Virus record (IMG/VR): IMGVR_UViG_2875292628_000003
DNA from: an uncultured virus (IMG/VR IMGVR_UViG_2875292628_000003)
Lineage: Duplodnaviria > Heunggongvirae > Uroviricota > Caudoviricetes
Length of the DNA stretch: 64,000 nucleotides
Reading direction: 5' to 3' (one strand)
In this document: piece by piece, positions 38,655 through 48,893 of the stretch
Numbering within the stretch: the stretch's first letter is position 1
Layout of the letters: each line of letters opens with the position of its first letter
The notes under the pieces: model-generated
What the model saw: the letters and a program-made list of their open reading frames with translations, nothing else
Database searches by the model: none
What the model was told of the DNA's origin: nothing
Position numbers and translations under genes: made by a program

Positions 38655-39167
38655 TTAAAAGATTGAAAAAGGAAGCATTGTTGGATCTACAGCATCTTCT
38701 TCAAACTGATTCCCTTCAGTAATTGAAAAGCCTTTTGCAATTTTTGTACTAGCCCAAACAGCTAACAGGATTGCAATGTGGCCGTTGTTTAAGCTGCTGC
38801 TATCAAATTCCTGCTGAAGGCCGTTTTTATCGACTTTACGGATTTCAAGTACGTTCTTAGGGTTGTACTGGTTTAACTTCGGCTCAATTTCAATTAATTT
38901 TGCTCTGTAACGAGCTTGATAAATTGAAATCACTTCCTCTAAGTGGTCTTTAGCATTGAAACTTAATTGCCAATTCTGTACTTGGTCCGGTGAGTCAGTT
39001 ACTACAACCGTTTGATCTCTTAAATCACTTGGTACAGGTAAATTTGAATAAACGGCTGTTTTTTGAATAACAAGCTCACCAGTATCCGCAAATGCGGCTC
39101 CAATGAGACGAATCGGTTGATCAGAAAACCCAGCAACACGACTGTCAATACGAATAATTCCAGACAT
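38655..39167 (-). CDS. Phage morphogenesis hypothetical protein
   Basis: In protease-terminase operon; likely start MSGIIR after AAGGA RBS. Confidence 0.5.
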   Translation of the reverse strand: MSGIIRIDSRVAGFSDQPIRLIGAAFADTGELVIQKTAVYSNLPVPSDLRDQTVVVTDSPDQVQNWQLSFNAKDHLEEVISIYQARYRAKLIEIEPKLNQYNPKNVLEIRKVDKNGLQQEFDSSSLNNGHIAILLAVWASTKIAKGFSITEGNQFEEDAVDPTMLPFSIF

Positions 39168-39178
39168 TACTTGTATCC

Positions 39179-39379
39179 TTAGCGCCGTTTGCGTTCTAAC
39201 TTGGTTTGGCATTCAATGCAGAATTTCACGCCACCTAAAGAACGGCGGCGCTCTGGTATTTCTTCACCACATTCAACACATTCTTTTTCAGATTCGCCGT
39301 CAAAACGGCATCGATTTGCAATTTCTTGCTGCAATAAATAATCAGCACTTTCTTGTGCCTTATCGATTAAGTCAGTCAT
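39179..39379 (-). CDS. TraR/DksA C4 zinc-finger protein
   Basis: D..D.AQ N-terminus; CVECGEEIPERRR...CIECQ. Confidence 0.9.
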   Translation of the reverse strand: MTDLIDKAQESADYLLQQEIANRCRFDGESEKECVECGEEIPERRRSLGGVKFCIECQTKLERKRR

Positions 39380-40175
39380 CTATACGCTCAACTGTAATTT
39401 CACCTGTTTCTCTGTCACCCTTCAAACGTTGATGGTCGAGTGGCGTGTACTGATCAGCTTGCACTACAACTTTGTCGTTGATTGCGGGCTGTTCCGTTGC
39501 TGAGCCGTCAGGTTCATACCCATTACCCGTGTTTTGATCGAAAGGACCACCGAAACCGATAACGTTAGGTGTGTAACCCACAAGCTGAATATCTACAGTT
39601 GAGATAGAAAGATTGATTGCTTCGCTTGGGACTGGTGATGGAAAAAGTTCATTTTCAAATACAGTGAATGTTGAATTAACAACATGATCATTCCATTGCT
39701 GAAATGGCACATTAAAACGGCGGTTATCACTGCTAGACATGTACGCGCAAAATTGCCCAATGACTGAACGCAGATCGTTAGGATTGGTGGCAAAAAATGC
39801 GATTTGAGCTCTTACAGTTGTTGGTACTAGACGAACTTTTACCCGCTTCTCATCAATGACCGTTTCAATAAAATCAGGCACTGGTAATAATTGATTTACA
39901 TCAGGGGGTTGGTCAGTTAACGCTGTTGCAGTAAGCATTACAGGTAAAAGCACTTTGGATTCTTCCTCATGCTTCTGGCTTTTTCTATATTCAGAAAGCA
40001 TTGCTTCTGAATCGTCCATCATCCGTGACGGACATGCTTTTATAGCGTTACCAATGGCTCTCAACTTCCAGTCTGCCGTTAATTGTGTCTCAGGCATATA
40101 CCAAGCACGAAAATTGACAAGCTGCTTATACCAAGCGTTTTGGATGCATTTAAGCGAATCGTTGGGGTAATTCAT
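39372..40175 (-). CDS. Putative tail completion/terminator protein
   Basis: Operon context; beta-rich core; ATG start MNYPND. Confidence 0.4.
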   Translation of the reverse strand: MNYPNDSLKCIQNAWYKQLVNFRAWYMPETQLTADWKLRAIGNAIKACPSRMMDDSEAMLSEYRKSQKHEEESKVLLPVMLTATALTDQPPDVNQLLPVPDFIETVIDEKRVKVRLVPTTVRAQIAFFATNPNDLRSVIGQFCAYMSSSDNRRFNVPFQQWNDHVVNSTFTVFENELFPSPVPSEAINLSISTVDIQLVGYTPNVIGFGGPFDQNTGNGYEPDGSATEQPAINDKVVVQADQYTPLDHQRLKGDRETGEITVERIDD

Positions 40176-40177
40176 TT

Positions 40178-41083
40178 TTACCCCCATACACTAAAGATAC
40201 TGCCAAAAGACTTTTTCGGCTTTTTAGGTTTCTCTTTTACGTTTGGATTGTCCAAACTTTGAATGATTTGTTCAGCTTGTTGTTGTACTGAATCAAAACT
40301 CTTCACAGGATTTACCATACCCGTATAGAGTTCTTTTTTGCGTTCTTCTCTAAGTTGTTGCAGGCGTTTCTGTTTATCAAATTTTTCTGATAATTCACCC
40401 ACTAATCCTTGAGCATTTCCTAACTCGGTTAATAGATGCAGCTGACTATTGATATTGTCGTATGTCTGTAAAATTTGATCTTCAAGTAATTGGGCAATAA
40501 TAATTTCGGGCTGTGATAACTGTGAAATATCTGTTGCGCTATCAAAGCAAGAAACAACACCTTCTGGCTCTTCAGGAACAAATAATCCATCAAATAACTG
40601 ACCATCCCCTACATTACTTGCATAATTTGGTTGTGCAACGAAATCAAAACCAAAAAAACCCGTTGGAATTAAACGGCCACCGACATTCTTGTAATTGACT
40701 GATGTGCTAAAACCACCCGCTTGGGCTTTATAATCTTGTAATGCGATCTCACCAGGCTCGTTATCATAAAACTCTTCTCGGTGTTCAACTGTTCCATCCT
40801 TTGAAGCACGTAATTCAATTGTTTTAAACGCCCGTGAAAGATATACAACTTTACCTTTAATGATCACCGTTTCAGGCGGCACCATACCATAGCGCTGTCG
40901 AATTTGATGACCGTAAAAACCTTGTAATGAATTAGTAGCAACCATTTCTTGTACATGGTCACTGTTGATCAAGTTGACCATTGCATCAACATCGACATTA
41001 CTTCGATCAACACCGGTATATTTACGGCATCGGTCATGTAAGTTGTAAGATAGAACTTTTGTCTTTCTATTTTTGCTAGCCAT
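40178..41083 (-). CDS. Prohead protease (P1 Pro-like)
   Basis: GFYGH..R, VEHREEF, GGFSTS, FFGFDFV..PNY. Confidence 0.65.
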   Translation of the reverse strand: MASKNRKTKVLSYNLHDRCRKYTGVDRSNVDVDAMVNLINSDHVQEMVATNSLQGFYGHQIRQRYGMVPPETVIIKGKVVYLSRAFKTIELRASKDGTVEHREEFYDNEPGEIALQDYKAQAGGFSTSVNYKNVGGRLIPTGFFGFDFVAQPNYASNVGDGQLFDGLFVPEEPEGVVSCFDSATDISQLSQPEIIIAQLLEDQILQTYDNINSQLHLLTELGNAQGLVGELSEKFDKQKRLQQLREERKKELYTGMVNPVKSFDSVQQQAEQIIQSLDNPNVKEKPKKPKKSFGSIFSVWG

Positions 41084-41112
41084 AAAAAAGCCCCAATGCT
41101 GTGATTGAGGCT

Positions 41113-41153
41113 ATTGTTTCAGTTGTTCTATAGTTGAAATTTAATCAGTTCCA
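41113..41153 (-). promoter_or_regulatory. Late promoter box for protease-terminase operon
   Basis: TGGAACT-N28-AACAAT; hairpin 41089-41112. Confidence 0.75.
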
Positions 41154-41155
41154 AA

Positions 41156-41383
41156 TCAAATCTTTTGATCAAACTCAATTAATTCTAATAGCTTGTCATG
41201 CTGTTTATCTTCAATGGTTGCATCAAAGATGTACCCACTTTTAAGAGAAATAAAAACATCATAAAAGCGCTCATGGATCATGCCTCCTCGATGTTCACTT
41301 TCGGAGACTTGCAAACAATCCATTTGAGATAAGTCAATTAATTGAGAACAAGCACGTTTTCTACAAAAGATTTTTAATCGCAT
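41156..41383 (-). CDS. Hypothetical protein
   Basis: 75 aa, RBS, cotranscribed after Tad1-like gene. Confidence 0.55.
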   Translation of the reverse strand: MRLKIFCRKRACSQLIDLSQMDCLQVSESEHRGGMIHERFYDVFISLKSGYIFDATIEDKQHDKLLELIEFDQKI

Positions 41384-41394
41384 ACTTCACCCAA

Positions 41395-41853
41395 TTACTT
41401 AACAAGAGTGCCTTCAACACCACGAGCACGGCGCTCAGCTGTACGTTTATTAAATTCTTCTAGCGCACTTTCCATATAAATAATGGCTTGTTTGTTGAAC
41501 TCATTCGGAAATTTTTCATCCAAGGTATTAGTACGGTGAATAAGTACTTTTAACAATGCTTCACTGGTAACCCCATTCACACCATGTTCTGGAATTGGGC
41601 CATCCTGAAAATGAATACTGACTTCAAAATCTTTTGCATTTTGGTTTTCAGGATTTGCTGAAATCTTATAGTAATGGCCCTGAGCATATTCCGTGATGCC
41701 TTCAACCACTTCCCCTTTAATAACTTTATCAATTTCTTGTGGTTCTAATTCATGGCTTGTATATCCTAAGAAATGATCAATTAATAAGTTTTCTCCTTGA
41801 CCATTGATAGGTTCTGCGATTCCTACTAAAACATTGTCTTGAGCTTGTTGCAT
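41395..41853 (-). CDS. tad1: Tad1/Acb2-family immune-signal sponge (anti-Thoeris/anti-CBASS candidate)
   Basis: H.Y...IHFQDGP...GVNGV..EALL...R...N..A...ESAL...N.RT.ER..RGVEGT matches the Tad1 family pattern. Confidence 0.7.
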   Translation of the reverse strand: MQQAQDNVLVGIAEPINGQGENLLIDHFLGYTSHELEPQEIDKVIKGEVVEGITEYAQGHYYKISANPENQNAKDFEVSIHFQDGPIPEHGVNGVTSEALLKVLIHRTNTLDEKFPNEFNKQAIIYMESALEEFNKRTAERRARGVEGTLVK

Positions 41854-41884
41854 ATAAAAAAGTCCTGATCTAATGAACAGGACT

Positions 41885-41925
41885 ATGAAATCATTTTGTA
41901 TTTGAGCGCTAACTCAACAGTTCCA
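41885..41925 (-). promoter_or_regulatory. Late promoter box for tad1-like gene
   Basis: TGGAACT-N28-TTTCAT; hairpin AGTCCTG/CAGGACT 41861-41884. Confidence 0.65.
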
Positions 41926-41936
41926 AAATATAATAA

Positions 41937-42260
41937 TTAATCAGAGTATTCATACTTTAATAATCTTCCAGAATCATCCTTAAATATATTAAGAAATATA
42001 ACTTGGCTATGATTTTTCGTTTGAATACGGATTTTATAATGGTTATGAGCAGGTACACTTGGTGAACCAGAAAACCTCCCTTTAGATACAATACTATAGC
42101 TTTCAACCTCTCCGTAATCCTTCTTTAATTTCGAGTCATCAGAAAGTATTTTTTCAATGTATTTTGTATCTTCATCACTCTTCATTGCTTTATCAAATAC
42201 TTGCTCAACTACTAGTGCAATTAATAAACCTATTACAGCGAAAATAATAAATTTTTTCAT
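41937..42260 (-). CDS. Putative RHS immunity protein, membrane-anchored/periplasmic
   Basis: Small ORF abutting RHS stop; N-terminal hydrophobic helix MKKFIIFAVIGLLIALVV. Confidence 0.6.
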   Translation of the reverse strand: MKKFIIFAVIGLLIALVVEQVFDKAMKSDEDTKYIEKILSDDSKLKKDYGEVESYSIVSKGRFSGSPSVPAHNHYKIRIQTKNHSQVIFLNIFKDDSGRLLKYEYSD

Positions 42261-42265
42261 GATAA

Positions 42266-45200
42266 TTACCAATTAGAATAATGACCGAATTCTGCAGAAA
42301 CATTACCGCCAACACTGGCGCCAATGCGCCATGAAAACTTTTTCGAAGGATCGACAGTAACTCCAGGTATAACTAATTGAGGTTTGTTGAATTGAAAATC
42401 ACCACCTTTTTCTGCTTGTACAAGTCCATTCCCTGTATATCCTGAAACTCCAAAAAGCGTAGCTTCTATTGGTCCAATTCCGGCACCCATTTCTAGTTTT
42501 GAATTTGTTCTAGCGATAGCGCCTGAACCACAATCTAATGCATGTTTAGAGGGTTTACCATTTGGGTCAAGACCTACCCCAGCACCAAGTCCAACACCTA
42601 CTTTTCCAAGAACTTCTAAGGTGCCGTTGTTATAACTAATTGATGCACCACCACCTACACCATAATAACCTTCAATACTTAAAGACCATAAACCATACGG
42701 GTCAATATAATTCACAGGATTATTACCTACATATGTATAGGTATTTACTCCACCAGCTAATCCAATTGGATCAGGTTGTGTATAACGACCTACTGTTCCA
42801 TCAAAATATCTATTCCAGTTATACCAAAGGCCAGATTCCACATCATAATATTGACCTGGTAAACCAATGTTAAATTGTCCAATACTGCTTTGAATCACAT
42901 TGCTGTCAAAACTGTTATTTTGAGATTTCCATACAACAGTCTTAGAAGCATTAGTTAAAACTTCTGGTCTTCCTAAATGATCATTATGTACAAAATTTAA
43001 TGTATTGTTACGGACCACACCAATTACCTGTCCATACAACCAAACATAAGCTGTACTGATATTTGTATCTGAAGTATTTGACTCACCTAATAATCTACCA
43101 TCGGGAGAGTAAATATAATTTACGTTACCAGCTCCACCAGTTTTTCTAGTTCGTAAATTAAATACATCATAGTCATAACTAGTACTGTTGCTTCCAGCCT
43201 TCACAGTTTTTAGGCGATTAAAGCCATCATAGCTGTAGTCTACAGTCCCGCCGTGACCAGTTTTTTTAATTAGATTGCCAAGCACATCATAGGTAAAGCC
43301 TTTTGCTTCTGTAGTTGTCGTACTAGCTAACCTATTTCCAATATTAGTTTGATAATTTGTAGTTAGATTTGTATTTCCTACCCGAGTACTTCGATTTGAA
43401 TTTTTATCAAAAGTCCAACTTTCTGTATATTGAGTAGAAGCAGCTTTAGTAAGTTGTCCTATAGCATCATAAGAATAAGTAGCTGATCGATTTACTTCCA
43501 GACTATTATCAACATTGCTTAGCAAGTTATTGGTATTATAGCTATGACTTAACTTTTGGATGGCCTCTGTATTAATACCAGTAATTCTATAATCTTTATC
43601 AAAACTAGTTGTACGTGTTAAACCATTCCCGTAAGTCCAACTTTTAATACCACCATAAGGTTCATAAGTAATATTTTTTACTACATCTTTATCAGCGCCT
43701 TGTATACGAACTTTAACAGTATTAATTCTGCTCAAAGTGTCATAACCATATGAAACTTTGTAGCTATCATTTGCAAAGCTTTCACTGATTAAGCGTCCAT
43801 AGTTATCATATGCCCAGTTAGTTTGATAATTTGTACCATTTATAACTCTGGTCTGAACAATCATTTGTCCAGCTTTGTTATACCCATATCCTGATGAACT
43901 AGTTCCATCCGATGTGCCACACAAACGCCCTTTTCCATTTGTACAATTATCATATACCCATGCATGCACTTGACTACCTGTTTGCGCTTTAGTTTGTCGT
44001 CCTAATGCATCGTAAGTATATGTGGTAACTATATTATTAGCACGTGTCAGCTGAATTACGTTTCCGTCGACATCATAACTATATTTTGTTAATCCTTTGT
44101 CTGGGCTTTGAGATGATAATAAGTTTCCAAAACCATCATAGGTATAACTTGTAGTATTACCTTTACCATCTTTTATAGACGTCAGATTACCATTAGCATC
44201 ATAGATTGATTGGGTCGTTGAACCATCTGGTCTTTTCACTTCTGTTAAATAGTTATTTGCATCATAAGTATATGTAGTGATTTTTCCAAAAGAGTCAGTT
44301 TCTTTGATTATATTTCCATTTCCATCATATTCATAAGTGAAGTTTTGCGCGTTATTCCCCTTATTTGCTGTCGTCCATCCAAGTTGATTATGCTCTTTCA
44401 TTTGACTAAAGCGAATATTAGAACCCTCTTTATAATCTACACGTAATAATTTTCCTAATTTAGAATAAGTAAAATATTGACCACTTAAGATCGTGTTACC
44501 TGTCCCGTTTGTTATACTCGCAACTGTACCGTTATCATTATAATTAATCGTTTCACGCATCCCGTTAGTTTCTGTTTGCGTAATTCCAAAAGCTCCATAT
44601 TGATACGTGGTTGTACGTATTTGGTCACTGGCTAGTGTTTCCTTTTTACTAATGACACGTCCACGTGCATCATAGCTCAACTCAATTACAAACCCATTTG
44701 GATCAGTAATTTTACCGACATTACCCAAACCATCATAATTAGAATAAGTCGTAATATGGCCTAAAGGATTTTTATATTGAATAAGATTCCCTATAGCATC
44801 ATAAGTATAAGTTGATGTTTTTTCATTAGTATTTATTGCAACATCTTTAAGCATACCATTGCTATGGAATGTATAACCATAACCTATTGTTTTACATGTA
44901 TTTGTTCCAACTTTACTGCAAGATTTAATACTTTTAATTCGATTTTTAGCAGTATCAGTTGAAGAATAATATGAATACGTGATGTCAGATGTCACGATAT
45001 TATTCTTAAGATTTTCGACTTTACTAATTAAATATGGTGAGTTAAGCCAAGTGTATTTGGTAAGTGATTTACTCGCAGGTGTACTTTTTTCTAACAACAA
45101 CCCATTTGCATCACGTCGATAAGTAGTTTCAACTCCATTCCAATCGATTTCAGAACTAACATATCCATTATTATCGTAGTTAGTTACAGCATTACTATTT

Positions 45201-46339
45201 GGACAATTATTTACACCACTACGTTCTATTTTAGTCAACTTATCTTTATTATCATTTGTATAAATATACTTAGAAACAGCACCTAAAGGATTAGTTACAA
45301 TAGTATAATTATTGCCATATTCTAATTTAAAAGTTTGCGTTCCATCACTGCGGCCACTTTGTATTGTTCTTTCACCATCGTAGATATAAGTTGAATAACG
45401 CTTTCCATCAATGGAAATTCCAGTAAGTTGATTCTCACTTGCTCCATTTTCTCCATAATGGAATGTTTTTTTTCCTAAATTATTTGGGTATACAATTTCT
45501 ATTAGACGTTGACCATTCGATTTCAATGTATAAACATTACCTGCTGGATCAGTTATCTCAGTTGTAGAATTACCCATGGGTTTTATTTTAATAGTTTTAC
45601 CATTCGTGTGGGTAATCGTAGTGATCCATGTCGCTGAATCTCTTGATTGAACCCATCCAATACCGTGTAAATTTTTTCTACTTTTTAAAGAACCACTATG
45701 CAGCAATGGTTGTGTACCAATGACGCTAACATCATATGTTTCAACGTCACCATTTGGTAAATAAATTGGATTTGAAACTTGATCATAACCTCGTAATTCC
45801 CTAACTAGAGAAAAGGAACCATCTGCCAGTTCTCGCCCCAACTTTACTTTATTTTGATAAATATAAACACCAGCCTCATTCATTGTTACTTCATAATTAT
45901 TTTTCCATCTTTTTCCAAAGGTTTTTATGGATAGATTAAAACCGATGTCATTTTCAATATTTCTATCTTTATCTTGTGAATAATAAATTTCAGAATAGTT
46001 TAACGGCATTTCCCAATTCGTTGTAAAAACAGCTTCTTCATGCAATTTCTCACCCGTGTTAATTCTTACTGGATTTGGAGTTTGGCAATCACTAGATTCA
46101 TCATTCTTAAAAAAACTAGCTGTTGGGTTCGAATTATAAAAAGGATGAATTCCTTTATGCATATCTTGATAAAAGATTTGTGAGGTTGAATTAATCTGGT
46201 TTATGTCCAATACAGGATCTGGCGTACCGTAGAATGTTAAGGGCGGTAAAGTACCAACATATATCGGTTCTACAGCTAATATCGAACTACTAACAATACT
46301 TGTAGTTACTAATATAGAAATAATTTTTTTCAAATGCAT
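42266..46339 (-). CDS. rhs: RHS/YD-repeat polymorphic toxin with Sec signal peptide
   Basis: YD repeats; PGQYYD.ESGLWYNWNRY...DPIGL...NPVNYIDPYGL core; 140-aa C-terminal extension from 42688. Confidence 0.9.
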   Translation of the reverse strand: MHLKKIISILVTTSIVSSSILAVEPIYVGTLPPLTFYGTPDPVLDINQINSTSQIFYQDMHKGIHPFYNSNPTASFFKNDESSDCQTPNPVRINTGEKLHEEAVFTTNWEMPLNYSEIYYSQDKDRNIENDIGFNLSIKTFGKRWKNNYEVTMNEAGVYIYQNKVKLGRELADGSFSLVRELRGYDQVSNPIYLPNGDVETYDVSVIGTQPLLHSGSLKSRKNLHGIGWVQSRDSATWITTITHTNGKTIKIKPMGNSTTEITDPAGNVYTLKSNGQRLIEIVYPNNLGKKTFHYGENGASENQLTGISIDGKRYSTYIYDGERTIQSGRSDGTQTFKLEYGNNYTIVTNPLGAVSKYIYTNDNKDKLTKIERSGVNNCPNSNAVTNYDNNGYVSSEIDWNGVETTYRRDANGLLLEKSTPASKSLTKYTWLNSPYLISKVENLKNNIVTSDITYSYYSSTDTAKNRIKSIKSCSKVGTNTCKTIGYGYTFHSNGMLKDVAINTNEKTSTYTYDAIGNLIQYKNPLGHITTYSNYDGLGNVGKITDPNGFVIELSYDARGRVISKKETLASDQIRTTTYQYGAFGITQTETNGMRETINYNDNGTVASITNGTGNTILSGQYFTYSKLGKLLRVDYKEGSNIRFSQMKEHNQLGWTTANKGNNAQNFTYEYDGNGNIIKETDSFGKITTYTYDANNYLTEVKRPDGSTTQSIYDANGNLTSIKDGKGNTTSYTYDGFGNLLSSQSPDKGLTKYSYDVDGNVIQLTRANNIVTTYTYDALGRQTKAQTGSQVHAWVYDNCTNGKGRLCGTSDGTSSSGYGYNKAGQMIVQTRVINGTNYQTNWAYDNYGRLISESFANDSYKVSYGYDTLSRINTVKVRIQGADKDVVKNITYEPYGGIKSWTYGNGLTRTTSFDKDYRITGINTEAIQKLSHSYNTNNLLSNVDNSLEVNRSATYSYDAIGQLTKAASTQYTESWTFDKNSNRSTRVGNTNLTTNYQTNIGNRLASTTTTEAKGFTYDVLGNLIKKTGHGGTVDYSYDGFNRLKTVKAGSNSTSYDYDVFNLRTRKTGGAGNVNYIYSPDGRLLGESNTSDTNISTAYVWLYGQVIGVVRNNTLNFVHNDHLGRPEVLTNASKTVVWKSQNNSFDSNVIQSSIGQFNIGLPGQYYDVESGLWYNWNRYFDGTVGRYTQPDPIGLAGGVNTYTYVGNNPVNYIDPYGLWSLSIEGYYGVGGGASISYNNGTLEVLGKVGVGLGAGVGLDPNGKPSKHALDCGSGAIARTNSKLEMGAGIGPIEATLFGVSGYTGNGLVQAEKGGDFQFNKPQLVIPGVTVDPSKKFSWRIGASVGGNVSAEFGHYSNW

Positions 46340-46526
46340 GTTTTTATGACCTTTATATTTTTGAAAGTGCTACACAATTTATAAACTTTATTACAAATGA
46401 ATATCATTATCAATAATAATTAAGAATCAATTGCATTTAGATTATTTTGTAAATAATGCTGGTTACCTCAGAAATTAATCTGATAAATCCCCAGCATAAT
46501 AAAAAAATATTATTTAATTCATTGAT

Positions 46527-47141
46527 TTAAATTAAATCATAAATCTCATAAGGCTTAGCTGCTATTGCAGCTGCACAGTTTGTGGTGCCTAAATCTCTAT
46601 CAAATGCCATTGAGTGAACTTTAACGACAATATTGGCTGGTACTAAACGCCGTAATATCGGTGACAGCTCTACCACTTCATTTGCATCAACAGTTTTATC
46701 TAAAACAATCCTAATCCGACTTGTTAAGAAGTAATTTGGCTTTTCAAAATCAGACAAATAGGCTGGATATTCTTTTAGCTTTTCCAAGCTGTGCCATAGC
46801 CGGATAATCTGAAAATGATCTTTCCCCCACAACATTCGTAAAACAAACTCTAAAAACGCTAATCCTCTTTTATTACCCATGCTGCTCCAATTGGCATAGA
46901 TAATTCGCATTAACGTATCAGAGGTGTTATTTCGCCGTAATACAACAAGTCCGTTTTGTTTAGAGAACCGTTCTACAACTGTTTTACTACCGATATGAGG
47001 ACAACCGTAGTCCAGTAAATCTTGTATCGACTGCTCAAAGTTTTGTGCAAATACTTGTTTAAATGCTTTAGCAAGTGCGGTTTGCAAGCCCGTACTTACA
47101 TAGTGTTCATCGATAGGCCGAGTAAAGCTTATAGAGTCCAT
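46527..47141 (-). CDS. Baseplate wedge protein (gpI-like)
   Basis: RGLAFLEFVLRML...LRRLVPANIVV; follows J-like gene. Confidence 0.6.
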   Translation of the reverse strand: MDSISFTRPIDEHYVSTGLQTALAKAFKQVFAQNFEQSIQDLLDYGCPHIGSKTVVERFSKQNGLVVLRRNNTSDTLMRIIYANWSSMGNKRGLAFLEFVLRMLWGKDHFQIIRLWHSLEKLKEYPAYLSDFEKPNYFLTSRIRIVLDKTVDANEVVELSPILRRLVPANIVVKVHSMAFDRDLGTTNCAAAIAAKPYEIYDLI

Positions 47142-48574
47142 GTAGCCCCCGAAATATCAGCGGTGCGTTCCAACTCAACAGTAATGCTGTCTTTTGTCAC
47201 ATAAACCCACTCATTAGGCTTATTCAACTCATTTGAAAGCATAATGGTAAAGTCACTCATCCGGTCTTGGAAAGCCACAATATTGTCATTAATCAGCTTC
47301 CCCATTTCTTGCGTATTAAAGCCATTAACCAGCCAACGACTTGAGCTCAATGATTCACGCCCGTATCGTTCTACAAGTAATTCTTTGATCTGTGTCTTAA
47401 CCATATCTGTGTTATGTACAGAAGCCAAAGAGCCTTGAATTTTTACTTCAATTGGCTTTTCTACAACCTTATGTACATTCACTTTACCTTCATACAAGTT
47501 ATCGCAATAACCAATATACCGACAGATATCTTGTTCTAACGTTGCTTGTTCAGCTGGGTTCTTGGCAACCACCACAAGGTTTAAATGATTAATGTCGCGG
47601 TATGTAATGGCAAAGTGTTGCTCTTGCAAAGTTTCATTCCAAACAGAAATAAACTGTGCCCGTTTCATGAATTTTTTACGGACCGCATAGTCAAAGTTAC
47701 CCAGAAATACAGCATCTTCATCGTAAAGCGATGGATAGCTTGATAATAAACGTAATTCAGATACAGCTAACGGATCTACGCCCTCTCTAATCACTCCACC
47801 AGCTTTAAAACGCACTGATACCCGCTGTTCATCATTAGTAAGTACATCAAGTAAGGCCGCATCTTTTAAACGATTAACATCAACTTCCCCGTATGTCTCA
47901 AGAATTCCAATTATTACTGTTTCATTGGCTTGCAGAGTACGACCAGCTCTCTCAGAATCGCCAAACTCAATAAACAATCTTCTTAGATTATCTGTAGTAA
48001 CAGTTACAGCATATTCACCTGGTTCAACATTCATCCAGCGCGGCTTAATTACATAGTTATTATTGCCCTGCTTAACCGAAATATTTGCAAGTGAAAGGTC
48101 CTCTAAAAGGTCTATTCGATATTTATGGAACCCTTCAGTAACTGGTACAACATATTTAATTTCACGGTATTCACTTTGTTCTGCTATTACTTCCGCCGTC
48201 TCACCAGCTTTAACAGTAATTGATTGAAGCAACCGCCATACTCTACCGCCGCTATGGTCCTCAATCATTCGCCCTTGACTTAAGCTCACAGCATTTGTTG
48301 ACCGGTTGATAATTTCTATTAAGTGCTGACACGGTGTACCTATAGGCAAAATGCCTTTATTTGTAGCATCCGCAATAATTGAGCGGTCACGTGTTTTGGT
48401 AAATGGTTCAATTGAAGCAATATCGATTTCTGGACCAAATGCAGTCAAAAAACTAGCCATAGAACGCAGCTGGTGAACGACAAGTGGATCTTGAGCTTTA
48501 TAGCGTTCCTGAATCTCATAATCATCTATCGCTGCTTGGAGCTGGGCTTCAAAATCAGCTTGCGTTAATGTCAT
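47129..48574 (-). CDS. Baseplate J-like wedge protein (BplA-like)
   Basis: IEFGD..RAG, GVDP....ELR, typical size and context. Confidence 0.7.
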   Translation of the reverse strand: MTLTQADFEAQLQAAIDDYEIQERYKAQDPLVVHQLRSMASFLTAFGPEIDIASIEPFTKTRDRSIIADATNKGILPIGTPCQHLIEIINRSTNAVSLSQGRMIEDHSGGRVWRLLQSITVKAGETAEVIAEQSEYREIKYVVPVTEGFHKYRIDLLEDLSLANISVKQGNNNYVIKPRWMNVEPGEYAVTVTTDNLRRLFIEFGDSERAGRTLQANETVIIGILETYGEVDVNRLKDAALLDVLTNDEQRVSVRFKAGGVIREGVDPLAVSELRLLSSYPSLYDEDAVFLGNFDYAVRKKFMKRAQFISVWNETLQEQHFAITYRDINHLNLVVVAKNPAEQATLEQDICRYIGYCDNLYEGKVNVHKVVEKPIEVKIQGSLASVHNTDMVKTQIKELLVERYGRESLSSSRWLVNGFNTQEMGKLINDNIVAFQDRMSDFTIMLSNELNKPNEWVYVTKDSITVELERTADISGATWTL

Positions 48575-48893
48575 ATGTCTCACCTGTTACTGATTTACCC
48601 AATCGGTCTGCTACTTGGTTAAGATCTATATTCACATTCATGATGCTTAAATGAATATGAACCGTCTCAAATCCTTCGGTTTGTGAATACAGGGCTAATT
48701 GGTCAGAGTTAAGCTCAGATAATATTGGTAGATCCTTTTTCATCTTAATAAGAAAACTATCTGCCACCCTCGAGTCTAAAGGTGCCATTAGCAAATCATA
48801 AAGAGGTGCACCAAAGTCAGAACCATACTTCCCATTAACCGGATGATTAAGCCAGTACTCAACCATGTCTAAAATTGTTTTAGATGTGATCAT
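48555..48893 (-). CDS. Baseplate gpW/gp25-like protein
   Basis: WL..P.NG.YGSDFG..L.DLL.AP. Confidence 0.6.
   Translation of the reverse strand: MITSKTILDMVEYWLNHPVNGKYGSDFGAPLYDLLMAPLDSRVADSFLIKMKKDLPILSELNSDQLALYSQTEGFETVHIHLSIMNVNIDLNQVADRLGKSVTGETYDINAS

Noticed and set aside
22707..48893. Tailocin or extracellular contractile injection system delivering the RHS toxin
   Set aside because: Capsid, portal, protease and terminase are present, and the RHS has a Sec signal rather than a spike-loading domain
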